Translations under genes and position numbers: made by a program | Shown: piece by piece, positions 10,431 to 19,255 of the stretch | Layout of the letters: each line of letters opens with the position of its first letter | How positions within the stretch are numbered: the first letter of the stretch is position 1 | The notes under the pieces: generated by a model | Seen by the model: only the letters and a program-made list of their open reading frames with translations | The model's database searches: none | Told to the model about the DNA's origin: nothing | Source: an uncultured Bacilli bacterium | GTDB taxonomy: Bacteria; Bacillota_I; Bacilli_A; RF39; UBA660 | Direction: 5' to 3' | NCBI GenBank assembly: GCA_934176955.1 | Contig: CAKPOS010000002.1 | Coordinates: 75,218 to 139,217, forward strand | DNA length: 64,000 nucleotides

Positions 10431-11474
10431 TTATGATGCATCTTTATCAGTATTTTTTGTCAAAAATACTTGGTAAAGTGTGTCTGTCGCTTTGGCATTT
10501 AATGTTAAATCTCCTCTTACTCCTTTTAGAGCGGCGTAATATGCAGCTGCTCCTATCATGGTTGCATTATCAGTACAATATTTTATTTCTGGATAAGAAA
10601 GGTGAATGTCATTTTCTTTTGCCATTTCTTCTAGACTTTTTCTTAATCCTTGATTGGCTGCGACGCCTCCGGCAACAATTAAATTCTTTACTTTATATTC
10701 TTGTAGAGCGTGTTTGGTTTTTTTTGTTAAGATAGAAACGACTCTTTTTTGGAACGAGGTACACATATCATCAATTCGAATTTCATTACCTCTTTGATGT
10801 TCATTGTGAACTAAATTGACAACGGCACTTTTGATTCCACTGAAACTAAAATTAAAGCTGGCATCATCTAGAGGATATGGAAGGTTGTAAGTATCTGTTC
10901 CTAATTTGGCTTTTTTATCAATTATCGGACCTCCTGGATAATCTAATCCTAAAATTTTAGCTACTTTATCGTAAGCCTCTCCTACAGCGTCATCTAATGT
11001 AGATCCAATTCTTTTAAAGGAATAGTCTTCTTTCATATAAACTAAGTCGGTATGTCCACCACTTACTACTAGTGCTATTAAAGGGAATGTTAATCTCTCT
11101 TTTAAATTGTTTGCATAAATGTGTCCTGCGATATGATGAACGGGAATTAGAGGTTTTCCTGTTACAAGAGCTATGGTTTTGGCACATTCAACGCCAATTA
11201 AAAGGGAACCAATTAATCCGGGACCGTAAGTTACACCAATAATATCTATATCATCCATATTCATTTTAGCTTTCTCTAATAATTCATCTAAAACAATCGT
11301 AATACTTTCAATATGACTACGGCTAGCAATTTCAGGAACAACACCACCAAACTTTTTATGAATATCAATTTGAGTAAATACGACAGTTGCTATGTCAGTA
11401 TTTCCATTTTTAACAATACTCATACTGGTTTCATCGCAACTAGATTCAATTGCTAAACAATAAATATCTTTCAT
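10431..11474 (-). CDS. tsaD: tRNA N6-adenosine threonylcarbamoyltransferase TsaD
   Basis: 347 aa. Kae1/TsaD motifs ASRSH, HHIAGH and GGVAAN. Confidence 0.95.
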   Translation of the reverse strand: MKDIYCLAIESSCDETSMSIVKNGNTDIATVVFTQIDIHKKFGGVVPEIASRSHIESITIVLDELLEKAKMNMDDIDIIGVTYGPGLIGSLLIGVECAKTIALVTGKPLIPVHHIAGHIYANNLKERLTFPLIALVVSGGHTDLVYMKEDYSFKRIGSTLDDAVGEAYDKVAKILGLDYPGGPIIDKKAKLGTDTYNLPYPLDDASFNFSFSGIKSAVVNLVHNEHQRGNEIRIDDMCTSFQKRVVSILTKKTKHALQEYKVKNLIVAGGVAANQGLRKSLEEMAKENDIHLSYPEIKYCTDNATMIGAAAYYAALKGVRGDLTLNAKATDTLYQVFLTKNTDKDAS

Positions 11475-11831
11475 TTACATCACCTGCTTTTCCATTAATA
11501 TGCCATCTTCATTCCCATAATAAAATTTTCTTAAAGCTACTTCTCGAAAGCCGAATTTTTTATATAAACCTCTTGCAATTTCATTCGTGATTCTTACTTC
11601 AAGCGTAATATTTAGAACGTGATTCTCGATTGCTATTGCTACTAAATAACTCATTAATTTTTTACCTATTCCACATCTTCTATAATTTTCTTCTACAAAG
11701 AAATTATCAATTTCCATTCTATCATAAATAAGAGAATATTCTAAGTATCCTAAGACAAAATCATCTTGATATAATTCTATTCTTTTTAAATAAGGATTAG
11801 GACTTTCTAACTCTTCTACTTCTCTAATCAT
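11475..11831 (-). CDS. rimI: GNAT acetyltransferase, RimI-like (short form)
   Basis: 118 aa. Acetyl-CoA motif RRCGIGKKL. Sits at the usual tsaB-rimI-tsaD position. Confidence 0.8.
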   Translation of the reverse strand: MIREVEELESPNPYLKRIELYQDDFVLGYLEYSLIYDRMEIDNFFVEENYRRCGIGKKLMSYLVAIAIENHVLNITLEVRITNEIARGLYKKFGFREVALRKFYYGNEDGILMEKQVM

Positions 11832-12447
11832 GTTTATCCTCTAGAGCTTGAGGTAATTTTAAGTAATTTGGTTTTATTGTAAAATAGTTTTCTTCTTCTT
11901 TTTTTTGATAATAAGCAATAATTTTAGAAATATCTAATTCTTGTTTCATTGATTTTATTTCTTCATTGTTTATTTCTTCTGCTGATACAATTGTTGGATG
12001 ATATTTCATGATAATTTCTAATACTTCTTCTTTATTTCCAAAGTGTTCTTTGATGATTTCTTCTTTTTCTTTGTTATATAAGCCTAGGTAATAATTATCA
12101 TGTTTGGCATCAATTAGGGATAGGATTGTTTCATTATTGTTAGATAAGGCTAATATTTTTAAAGAAGATACAGCTGTGATAGGGATTTTTCTTAAATAGG
12201 CATAAGTTTTAGCGATGGTTACGCCAATTCTTACTCCGGTAAAGGAACCTGGACCTGTTACAACATAGATTTTTTCTACCTTATCTGGAGTTAAGGAAGC
12301 ATTTTTTAAGACTTCATCAATAAAAGGAACAACATATATGGAATGTTTATTGGGAATATTTTTATTGATTTTGCTTAGTATTTTTTCTTCTTTTAAAATA
12401 GCAATAGATACATCACTTGCGGAAGTATCTATAAACAAACTTATCAT
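11824..12447 (-). CDS. tsaB: t6A biosynthesis protein TsaB
   Basis: 207 aa. YeaZ-like GPGSFTGVRIG motif. Overlaps tsaE (ATGA) and rimI. Confidence 0.9.
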   Translation of the reverse strand: MISLFIDTSASDVSIAILKEEKILSKINKNIPNKHSIYVVPFIDEVLKNASLTPDKVEKIYVVTGPGSFTGVRIGVTIAKTYAYLRKIPITAVSSLKILALSNNNETILSLIDAKHDNYYLGLYNKEKEEIIKEHFGNKEEVLEIIMKYHPTIVSAEEINNEEIKSMKQELDISKIIAYYQKKEEENYFTIKPNYLKLPQALEDKHD

Positions 12448-12896
12448 AATGCATCCTCACAGACACGAAGATATTTTTCTCCATGTGGCGTAATTACCAT
12501 TATTCTAGAGTTTTCTCCAGTAATTTTAAAAGTTATATCTAATCTTTCTTCTGGAAGAATATCTTCGATCATTTCAGCCCATTCAATAATGGTTACGCCT
12601 CCTTTATCAAAATATTCTTCAATTCCTAAGTTATCGATTTTACCGTTGGTTCGATATACATCTATATGATATAGAGGTAATTCCCCTATATATTCCTTTA
12701 TGATATTAAAGGTTGGAGATGTTACATCTTCTATTGCCATGGCACTAGCAAAGCCTTTTGTAAAAACAGTTTTTCCACTGCCTAAGTCTCCATTTAAACA
12801 AATTACCATATTGGGAAATTTTTCTGATTCTAGATTTTGTGCTACTTCAATTGTTTCTTCATCACTTCTTGTTGTTATTTTATATGTATTATTCAT
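12444..12896 (-). CDS. tsaE: t6A biosynthesis ATPase TsaE
   Basis: 150 aa. P-loop GDLGSGKT, SPTF motif and HIDVYR. Confidence 0.92.
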   Translation of the reverse strand: MNNTYKITTRSDEETIEVAQNLESEKFPNMVICLNGDLGSGKTVFTKGFASAMAIEDVTSPTFNIIKEYIGELPLYHIDVYRTNGKIDNLGIEEYFDKGGVTIIEWAEMIEDILPEERLDITFKITGENSRIMVITPHGEKYLRVCEDAL

Positions 12897-13085
12897 TTTG
12901 TTTCACCTTTCCTCTTTCTATAAATTCATTATACAAATTATTAAATCAATTGACAATAGATTTTTTTGATTAAAGTACTTAAATTGATTTCTCCTATTCA
13001 TTATAAATAGACTAAATAAGTATTTTTAAATTCTACTTTACATTATATTAAATATTTATTATATTATAATTAAGAAAGGAGATGG

Positions 13086-13700
13086 ATGATGACTAATTAT
13101 GCTTTTGGAATGGGTGCTCTTTTTGGCGCTTTAGGAGGATTGATTATTTTTTTCCTTTTGATTCTTGTTGCCGTTTCTATTTTTGAGATTATTGCTACAT
13201 GGAAATTTTTTCAGAAATGTGGTAAGAATGGTTGGGAAGCAATTATTCCTATCTATAATTCTTGGATAAAAGTAGAGATTGCTGGATTAAACTGGTGGTG
13301 GTTTTTGTTATTAATTTTCTCTGTTATTGTTCAACTATCTGGTAGTGATGATTATAAAATATTGATTAGTATTATACCGTTATTTGCTAATTTTGTGTGT
13401 AATTATAATTTAGCTAAGAAATTTCATCAAGACACTGGATTTGCTATTTTAATGACTTTATTTTCTTGGGTAATAATTCCTATTATGGCTTTTAGCAACA
13501 AATATCAATATGATAGTTCTGTTATTGTTAGTAAAAATGGGATATTTAAAGATGATTCTAATGTGGAGAATTCTTTTAATAATAATATGAATACTAGTGC
13601 TAATGAAAATAATAATTTTAGTGGTTCTTACTGTATTAATTGTGGAACAAAATTAAATGAAAATGATAAATTTTGTCCTAACTGTGGTAAAGAAAAATAA
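13086..13700 (+). CDS. membrane protein (DUF5684-like) with C-terminal zinc ribbon
   Basis: 204 aa. TM helices, the motif KCGKNGWEAIIPIYNSW, and C-terminal CINCG...CPNCG. Confidence 0.7.
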   Translation: MMTNYAFGMGALFGALGGLIIFFLLILVAVSIFEIIATWKFFQKCGKNGWEAIIPIYNSWIKVEIAGLNWWWFLLLIFSVIVQLSGSDDYKILISIIPLFANFVCNYNLAKKFHQDTGFAILMTLFSWVIIPIMAFSNKYQYDSSVIVSKNGIFKDDSNVENSFNNNMNTSANENNNFSGSYCINCGTKLNENDKFCPNCGKEK

Positions 13701-13812
13701 ATTTTAAAAAGTATTTCATTTATTTAAGTAAAATGTTATATTTTGACAAAGTTGTATATTTTAATTAAATATACTTCTTTTTTTAATCATTTTCAATTTG
13801 ATAAAAAGCATT

Positions 13813-13837
13813 AAAAAAGGAGTCAAAATTCTGACTC
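13813..13837 (-). terminator. intrinsic terminator (GAGTCA-aaattc-TGACTC), mainly for the minus-strand gene 13900-14316
   Basis: Perfect 6-bp stem with CTTTTTT on the minus strand. The T-run on the plus strand is weak. Confidence 0.5.
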
Positions 13838-13899
13838 TTAAATGGTTATTGATATTGCGAATTTTTAATATTTCTTCTTAATCAAGAAACAAAAATTCC

Positions 13900-14316
13900 T
13901 TATTTTAATAATTTGGTAACCTTCTCTTTATCGTTATTTATTAATCCGCTATAAAATATTTTCGTATCTTCATCTATATTTTCTTTTTTTGCATCATCAA
14001 TAACAGTAGGTATATTATTTTTTTTAATATAGTTAATAATTCTTTTTACTAGTGCTTCATCAAAATTTAATGTATTTTCTTTTGTTTTAGTTTTTTTCTC
14101 TACTGTAGAGGAATAATAATAATCTTTTACTATTATTTTTTTCTTGTAAATATTAATTATATGTTTAGCTCCTGGATCGTAATTTTCATGATATGTAAGA
14201 GTATACACAGGATTAATTAAATTAAATAAAGCAATTATTACTCCAATAACAGCAATAGCACTAATAATCAAAATTACAGTTTTTGATTTTGAAAATTTTT
14301 GTATTTTTTTCATCAA
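13900..14316 (-). CDS. hypothetical membrane-anchored protein
   Basis: 138 aa. Basic N-terminus followed by one TM (VILIISAIAVIGVIIALF). Confidence 0.6.
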   Translation of the reverse strand: MMKKIQKFSKSKTVILIISAIAVIGVIIALFNLINPVYTLTYHENYDPGAKHIINIYKKKIIVKDYYYSSTVEKKTKTKENTLNFDEALVKRIINYIKKNNIPTVIDDAKKENIDEDTKIFYSGLINNDKEKVTKLLK

Positions 14317-14526
14317 TTTCTCCTTTTAAAATTTCTTTAAGCTTTTATTTTACTTATTACTTATATTATACATATTTTATTGATAGACTGTCAATTTATT
14401 TATTTCCTTTTTATTTAACTTTGTTTCTTTTAAGTACTTATTTTTACTTTTTTGATAATTTATGATACACATTTTATTTTTTTGTGATACAATTTAGGTA
14501 GAAAAAAAGAAATAAAGGAGAACATT

Positions 14527-14991
14527 ATGGAAAATACAGATAATTATTATGTTCAACCAGAGGGTATATGGATTATTGATGAAGAAAAAAATACAGCATT
14601 TAGAATGAAAGGTGGAATAAAGGTAGAGTTACCTATTACTACTGAAATATTAGAAGAAGTAAAAAAACAAATTGAAGCAGAGAAATATTTTAATTTATTT
14701 CAAGATGTTAAAGACAAAAATGAAATGATAATTGGATATTTAAAGATGATGTTAGGGGATTATTATAATTATTTAAGTCATCATCATCAAAAAGAATTTT
14801 TGCAACAGATTCAATCAATTTCTCATTTAGTTGATGATAAGAATTCTTCCTATCTTCAAGAAATTTCTACTTGCTTAAAAAAGCAAAATTTAGATGCTTT
14901 TTATGATGTTAATGAAGAATTTCAACAGTATAATCAATCTTATTTTAATGGATTAAATGATACTAAACAAGAAGGACGACATTTATCTTAA
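14527..14991 (+). CDS. hypothetical protein
   Basis: 154 aa. AAAGGAG SD 7 nt upstream. I recognise no motif. Confidence 0.6.
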   Translation: MENTDNYYVQPEGIWIIDEEKNTAFRMKGGIKVELPITTEILEEVKKQIEAEKYFNLFQDVKDKNEMIIGYLKMMLGDYYNYLSHHHQKEFLQQIQSISHLVDDKNSSYLQEISTCLKKQNLDAFYDVNEEFQQYNQSYFNGLNDTKQEGRHLS

Positions 14992-15085
14992 TTGTGAATT
15001 AGTAATTTTAGAATTTCTAAAGTTACTTTTTTATTTGTTTAATAAAAAAAGACGATAAGCAAAGTTATATGCTTTATCATCTTTT

Positions 15086-16072
15086 TTATCTTGTTGTATC
15101 TGGTGTAACTGCAACGTAATCACCAAATCTAGAAGTTACCTCACTTCCTTGTGCTGAAATGAATGTTACTGTTCCTTGGAAGAAATTATCTGTTGAAGCC
15201 GGCGTACTTGCTACTCCTGAGCCTGCTGTTTGGTTAGTTCCTGTTTCACTTAACCATACTACAATGTAATATACTTGAGCGTCAGTAAATGTTGTTGAAC
15301 TATCTCCTGTATCATTAGCTGTACTTGCATCTTTTGGTGATAAAAACTGATTATATACTAGTGCTGATGTTATATCAGTTGCTTGAACATACCCTGTTCC
15401 TGTATGTTTACTTACACGAATGAAATTTTTATTAATTATTGTATGAGGGTTTCCCTGAATTGTTGCACTTTTTGTTGCAGATGCATAAGCATCAATGATT
15501 TCTGCTTTATCTAATTGACTTGTCGTTCCTGAGCCTAAGGCTGTCCAAGTAAATCCTGTTGCATCTGTTTGTCTTGCTGTTGATGTTCCTGCTGTTGTAC
15601 ATGAGGCTAGGTTTCCAGATGTTTCTGTACAAAATGCTTGTGCCCATCTCATTGTTGTGGCAGTTGTACTTCCCCATGTTGTATAATCTGTTGGTACTCC
15701 AGATCCTCCGGTTAAAGTTACATAGCCATCAAAATACATACCTGCTGTACTACTATTATTAATCGTTATTTTATATACTTGACATACAGCGTTTCCGTTA
15801 TCATCTAAACAAATTCCTTTTGTACTTGCATTAGATACTGCTTTTTGGACCATAGAATTGGTCATTGGTATTAATCCTCTTGTGTTGTCTACATTTGTTT
15901 TTTTAGCAACACTAATATTAAATCTAATTGTTGCCATGTTACCTGTAATTACATTATTTATGGTAGATGTTGCGGTATAGTAAGCAAATGTTGCTCCTGT
16001 TATGGCAACTATCAAGGTAAGAACAGCAATTACAATATAAATGATATTGTTTTTCTTTTTCTGTTTCTCCAT
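15086..16072 (-). CDS. secreted Thr/Ser/Ala/Gly-rich protein with TasA/CalY-type (SipW-class-like) N-terminal signal
   Basis: 328 aa. N-terminus MEKQKKKNN + IIYIVIAVLTLIVAITGATFAYYTAT...GNMATIRFNIS resembles the TasA signal and N-terminus (..GGGTWAAFND..TFASGTLDL). TAGGAGGAA SD and a TGCTATAAT extended -10 lie just upstream. Confidence 0.6.
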   Translation of the reverse strand: MEKQKKKNNIIYIVIAVLTLIVAITGATFAYYTATSTINNVITGNMATIRFNISVAKKTNVDNTRGLIPMTNSMVQKAVSNASTKGICLDDNGNAVCQVYKITINNSSTAGMYFDGYVTLTGGSGVPTDYTTWGSTTATTMRWAQAFCTETSGNLASCTTAGTSTARQTDATGFTWTALGSGTTSQLDKAEIIDAYASATKSATIQGNPHTIINKNFIRVSKHTGTGYVQATDITSALVYNQFLSPKDASTANDTGDSSTTFTDAQVYYIVVWLSETGTNQTAGSGVASTPASTDNFFQGTVTFISAQGSEVTSRFGDYVAVTPDTTR

Positions 16073-16311
16073 TTTTATATTCCTCCTATTTTTTTCATTA
16101 TAGCAAAATCCATTAAATAATGCAATATAGCAAAATTAATATTTCGATTATTTTTTTAGCCTTTATTGAAAAGCAAAGTTCATTTTCAGTATTTTTTGAG
16201 AATAAAAAAATGAATGAATTTATTGGTTTATCTTTTACTTGATAAATAAAATTCTTTACTTTATATCATAATTATTATATAATTGGTTAACGAAAGGGGA
16301 AGTGAAAAAAT

Positions 16312-17934
16312 ATGGAAAAAGTATATGTTTTTGGGCATCGTAATCCAGATACAGATAGTGTTACAGCAGCAATTGCCTTATCTCATTTGAAGAAAGAACT
16401 TGGGGTTAATGCTGTTCCTGCTGTACTTAGTGGAATTAATTTAGAAACTAAATATGTTCTTCAGTATTTTGGGGTAAAAGAGCCAATATTTTTAAATGAT
16501 GTTAAAATTAAGGTTAAAGATTTAAATTATACGAAAAATTATAGTGTTACGGAACAAGACTCTATTAATGATGCATATCATAAAATGAATGAGGCTGGTA
16601 TTAGTAAAATTCCTATGGTAGATGATCATAAAAAATTACTTGGAATTATTACGATGAAGGATATTGCTAAAGAACAATTTAATGAGAATATTGATTTAGT
16701 TGATTCAACATATGATAATATTTTAGAGGCTATTGATGGAAAGGAACTTCTTCGATTTAATGAAGATATTAAAGGAAAATTAACGGTTGCTAGTTATCGA
16801 AGTAAAACAATTATTAGTTCTGTTCCTTTAGATACGAATTCTATTTTAATGGTTGGAGATAGACATAGTGTTATTGAATATGCAATTGCTAGTGGAATTA
16901 AATTACTTATCATGACTGGTGGTCATCAGATTAAGGAAGAGCATTTGAAACTAGCAAAAGAGAAAAATGTGAATATTATTGTTACGCCTTATCCTACTTT
17001 AATTGCTGCTCGTCGAATTAATCTTGCTAATAGTGTATCTACGATTAATTATGTTAAAGATATTCTTTGTATTAGTGAATATGAAAATGTTAGTGATTTT
17101 ATGGGAATTGCTAATAAAACTAGATATAGTTATTATCCTGTTATTGATGAGAATGAGAAATGTAAGGGAATTTTGAGAATGTCTGATGTTAGTTATGATA
17201 ATCGTAAGAACGTTATTTTAGTGGATCATAATTCTTATGAGCAAAGTGCTATTGGGTTAGAAGAGACTAATATTGTGGAGATTGTTGATCATCATAATAT
17301 TGGTAGTATTGGTACGAATATGCCAATTAATTTTAGAAATATGCCAGTTGGTAGTACTAATACAATCTTATATATTATGTATCATGAAAATAATATTAAT
17401 ATTCCTAAAGAGATTGCTGGTCTTATGTTATCGGGAATTTTATCGGATACTTTAATTTTAAATTCTCCTACTACAACAGATATTGATAGAAAGGCTGTTC
17501 AAGAACTTGCAGATATTGCTGGAGTTGATTATCAAGTATATGGTCTAAAGATGTTAAAGGCTGGTTCTTCATTAAAAGGAAAAACTAAAGAAGAAGTATT
17601 ATATACGGATTATAAAAACTATCCTGTTGGAAATTATCATATTGGTCTTGGTCAAATTTCTACGACAAATCCAGATGAAATTCTTGAAGAGAAGAAAGAA
17701 TATGTTGATTTATTAAATCAAGTAGCAGATGGAGAAGATTACTATTTTGTTGCTTTATTTGTTACCGATATTATTAAGAAGGGTTCTTATGTTTTATATA
17801 GCAAAAGAGCAGAAGATATTTTAAAGAATGTTTATAAATGTGAAGATTTAACACAAGGAACTTTCTTAGAAGGTGTTGTATCAAGGAAGAAGCAGATTTT
17901 ACCTGGTATTATGTTAGAAATGGGAGAAAAATAA
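16312..17934 (+). CDS. ppaC: family II (DHH) inorganic pyrophosphatase with CBS/DRTGG insert
   Basis: 540 aa. HRNPDTDS, VDHN and VDHHN motifs, an inserted CBS pair, and a DHHA2 C-terminus. Confidence 0.85.
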   Translation: MEKVYVFGHRNPDTDSVTAAIALSHLKKELGVNAVPAVLSGINLETKYVLQYFGVKEPIFLNDVKIKVKDLNYTKNYSVTEQDSINDAYHKMNEAGISKIPMVDDHKKLLGIITMKDIAKEQFNENIDLVDSTYDNILEAIDGKELLRFNEDIKGKLTVASYRSKTIISSVPLDTNSILMVGDRHSVIEYAIASGIKLLIMTGGHQIKEEHLKLAKEKNVNIIVTPYPTLIAARRINLANSVSTINYVKDILCISEYENVSDFMGIANKTRYSYYPVIDENEKCKGILRMSDVSYDNRKNVILVDHNSYEQSAIGLEETNIVEIVDHHNIGSIGTNMPINFRNMPVGSTNTILYIMYHENNINIPKEIAGLMLSGILSDTLILNSPTTTDIDRKAVQELADIAGVDYQVYGLKMLKAGSSLKGKTKEEVLYTDYKNYPVGNYHIGLGQISTTNPDEILEEKKEYVDLLNQVADGEDYYFVALFVTDIIKKGSYVLYSKRAEDILKNVYKCEDLTQGTFLEGVVSRKKQILPGIMLEMGEK

Positions 17935-17960
17935 AATTATTAGAATATAAAAAGAAGAAG

Positions 17961-19247
17961 TTACATTGTTTTCAAATGTTTCTTCTTCTTTCCTTTTTGT
18001 AAGGAGCAAATAATGACAATAATACTTAAGAAAGCAATTACTCCTATTGCAATCATGGTGTATTCTTTTAATTGTTTTAATTCTTGTTTGTAAACTTTTA
18101 CTTCGGGATTGTAATATCTGCTTAAGGTTTCTTCTTCCGTATCATAGACATAATATCCTGTATTTCCTGTTTTGATGTTTGTTCCATAAATTAGACCTAT
18201 TTTATTTTTTTTATTGATTTTATAGTAATCAATGGTTTGATTTTGTATTTTAAGAGTATCTTTTAAGTATTTTTCTGGAGTTTTTGAGGGAAGAATTTGT
18301 AAGGTTATGTTTCCTACTTTGATATAATGATATTCTTCATATTTTTTGGTTTGTTCATTATAAGTATAGTATGCTAGTTTGTTATCTTTATCTTTTAGGA
18401 TAACTAATAATACATTTGTTTTATTATTTTTATAAGCTATAACATCTTGATCATCTATTTTAATCGTTACTTCTTCATAGTTTTCTAATTTATCGATTAG
18501 ATTATTATTTTTTTTCACTACTGTATAAGTATTTTTGCCAATCTTTACTGAAATAGGATGTTTATCTTCTACGGTAACAATAATTTTATATACTTTTTCA
18601 TTTCCATTTTCAGCAGTTACTTTAATTTCAATGGTATTCTCTCCTTGAGATAATGTTTTTTCTCCTGTTCCCGATACGGATGCTTTACCACTTTCTGCTG
18701 ATGCTTGAACATTTATTTTTTCGATTGATTGGTCAAGAGATAATTTATACTCTGTTGTATCTTTGTTAAATGCTGGTTCTATACTTTGACCATCGATGGT
18801 TAATGATTTTAAGTTATTGTTAGAGTCATATTCTTTTGGGGTAACTTTAGCAGGCTCTACTACATTAATTGTGGTAGAAGCATTATTTAAGGCATATTCC
18901 GATTCTTTGCTTAATTCTCTAATGGAAACATTTGATGTCGTACAAGTAATTGTTCCTGTTGTAGTTGGTTTTATATTAAATGAAAATGTTTTTGATTTAG
19001 CACTGGTATTTAAATCTTCAAAATGTAAGTCTGTTCCTCCTGATGCTCCTGCTCCACTACAGGAAGCACTTCCTCCTATTGTGTAAATACCACCATCTGA
19101 GTTTACTCTTACTGTTATTTTAACAATATTTCCCTTAGTAATGCTACTTTGACTGGGGCTAATTGAAACACTGGAAGCGTGTACTTGTTTTGTCCCTATA
19201 ACTATTGCCAAAGTTGCTATTAATAATTTAAGTCCTTTTTTATTCAT
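17961..19247 (-). CDS. surface protein with cadherin-like beta-sandwich domain and C-terminal TM anchor
   Basis: 428 aa. Signal peptide, then LKSLTIDGQSIEPAFNKDTTEYKLSL...ENTIEIKVTAENGNEKVYKIIVTV (cadherin-like pattern). C-terminal TM plus a KKKK stop-transfer. Confidence 0.7.
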   Translation of the reverse strand: MNKKGLKLLIATLAIVIGTKQVHASSVSISPSQSSITKGNIVKITVRVNSDGGIYTIGGSASCSGAGASGGTDLHFEDLNTSAKSKTFSFNIKPTTTGTITCTTSNVSIRELSKESEYALNNASTTINVVEPAKVTPKEYDSNNNLKSLTIDGQSIEPAFNKDTTEYKLSLDQSIEKINVQASAESGKASVSGTGEKTLSQGENTIEIKVTAENGNEKVYKIIVTVEDKHPISVKIGKNTYTVVKKNNNLIDKLENYEEVTIKIDDQDVIAYKNNKTNVLLVILKDKDNKLAYYTYNEQTKKYEEYHYIKVGNITLQILPSKTPEKYLKDTLKIQNQTIDYYKINKKNKIGLIYGTNIKTGNTGYYVYDTEEETLSRYYNPEVKVYKQELKQLKEYTMIAIGVIAFLSIIVIICSLQKGKKKKHLKTM

Positions 19248-19255
19248 TTTTTCTC

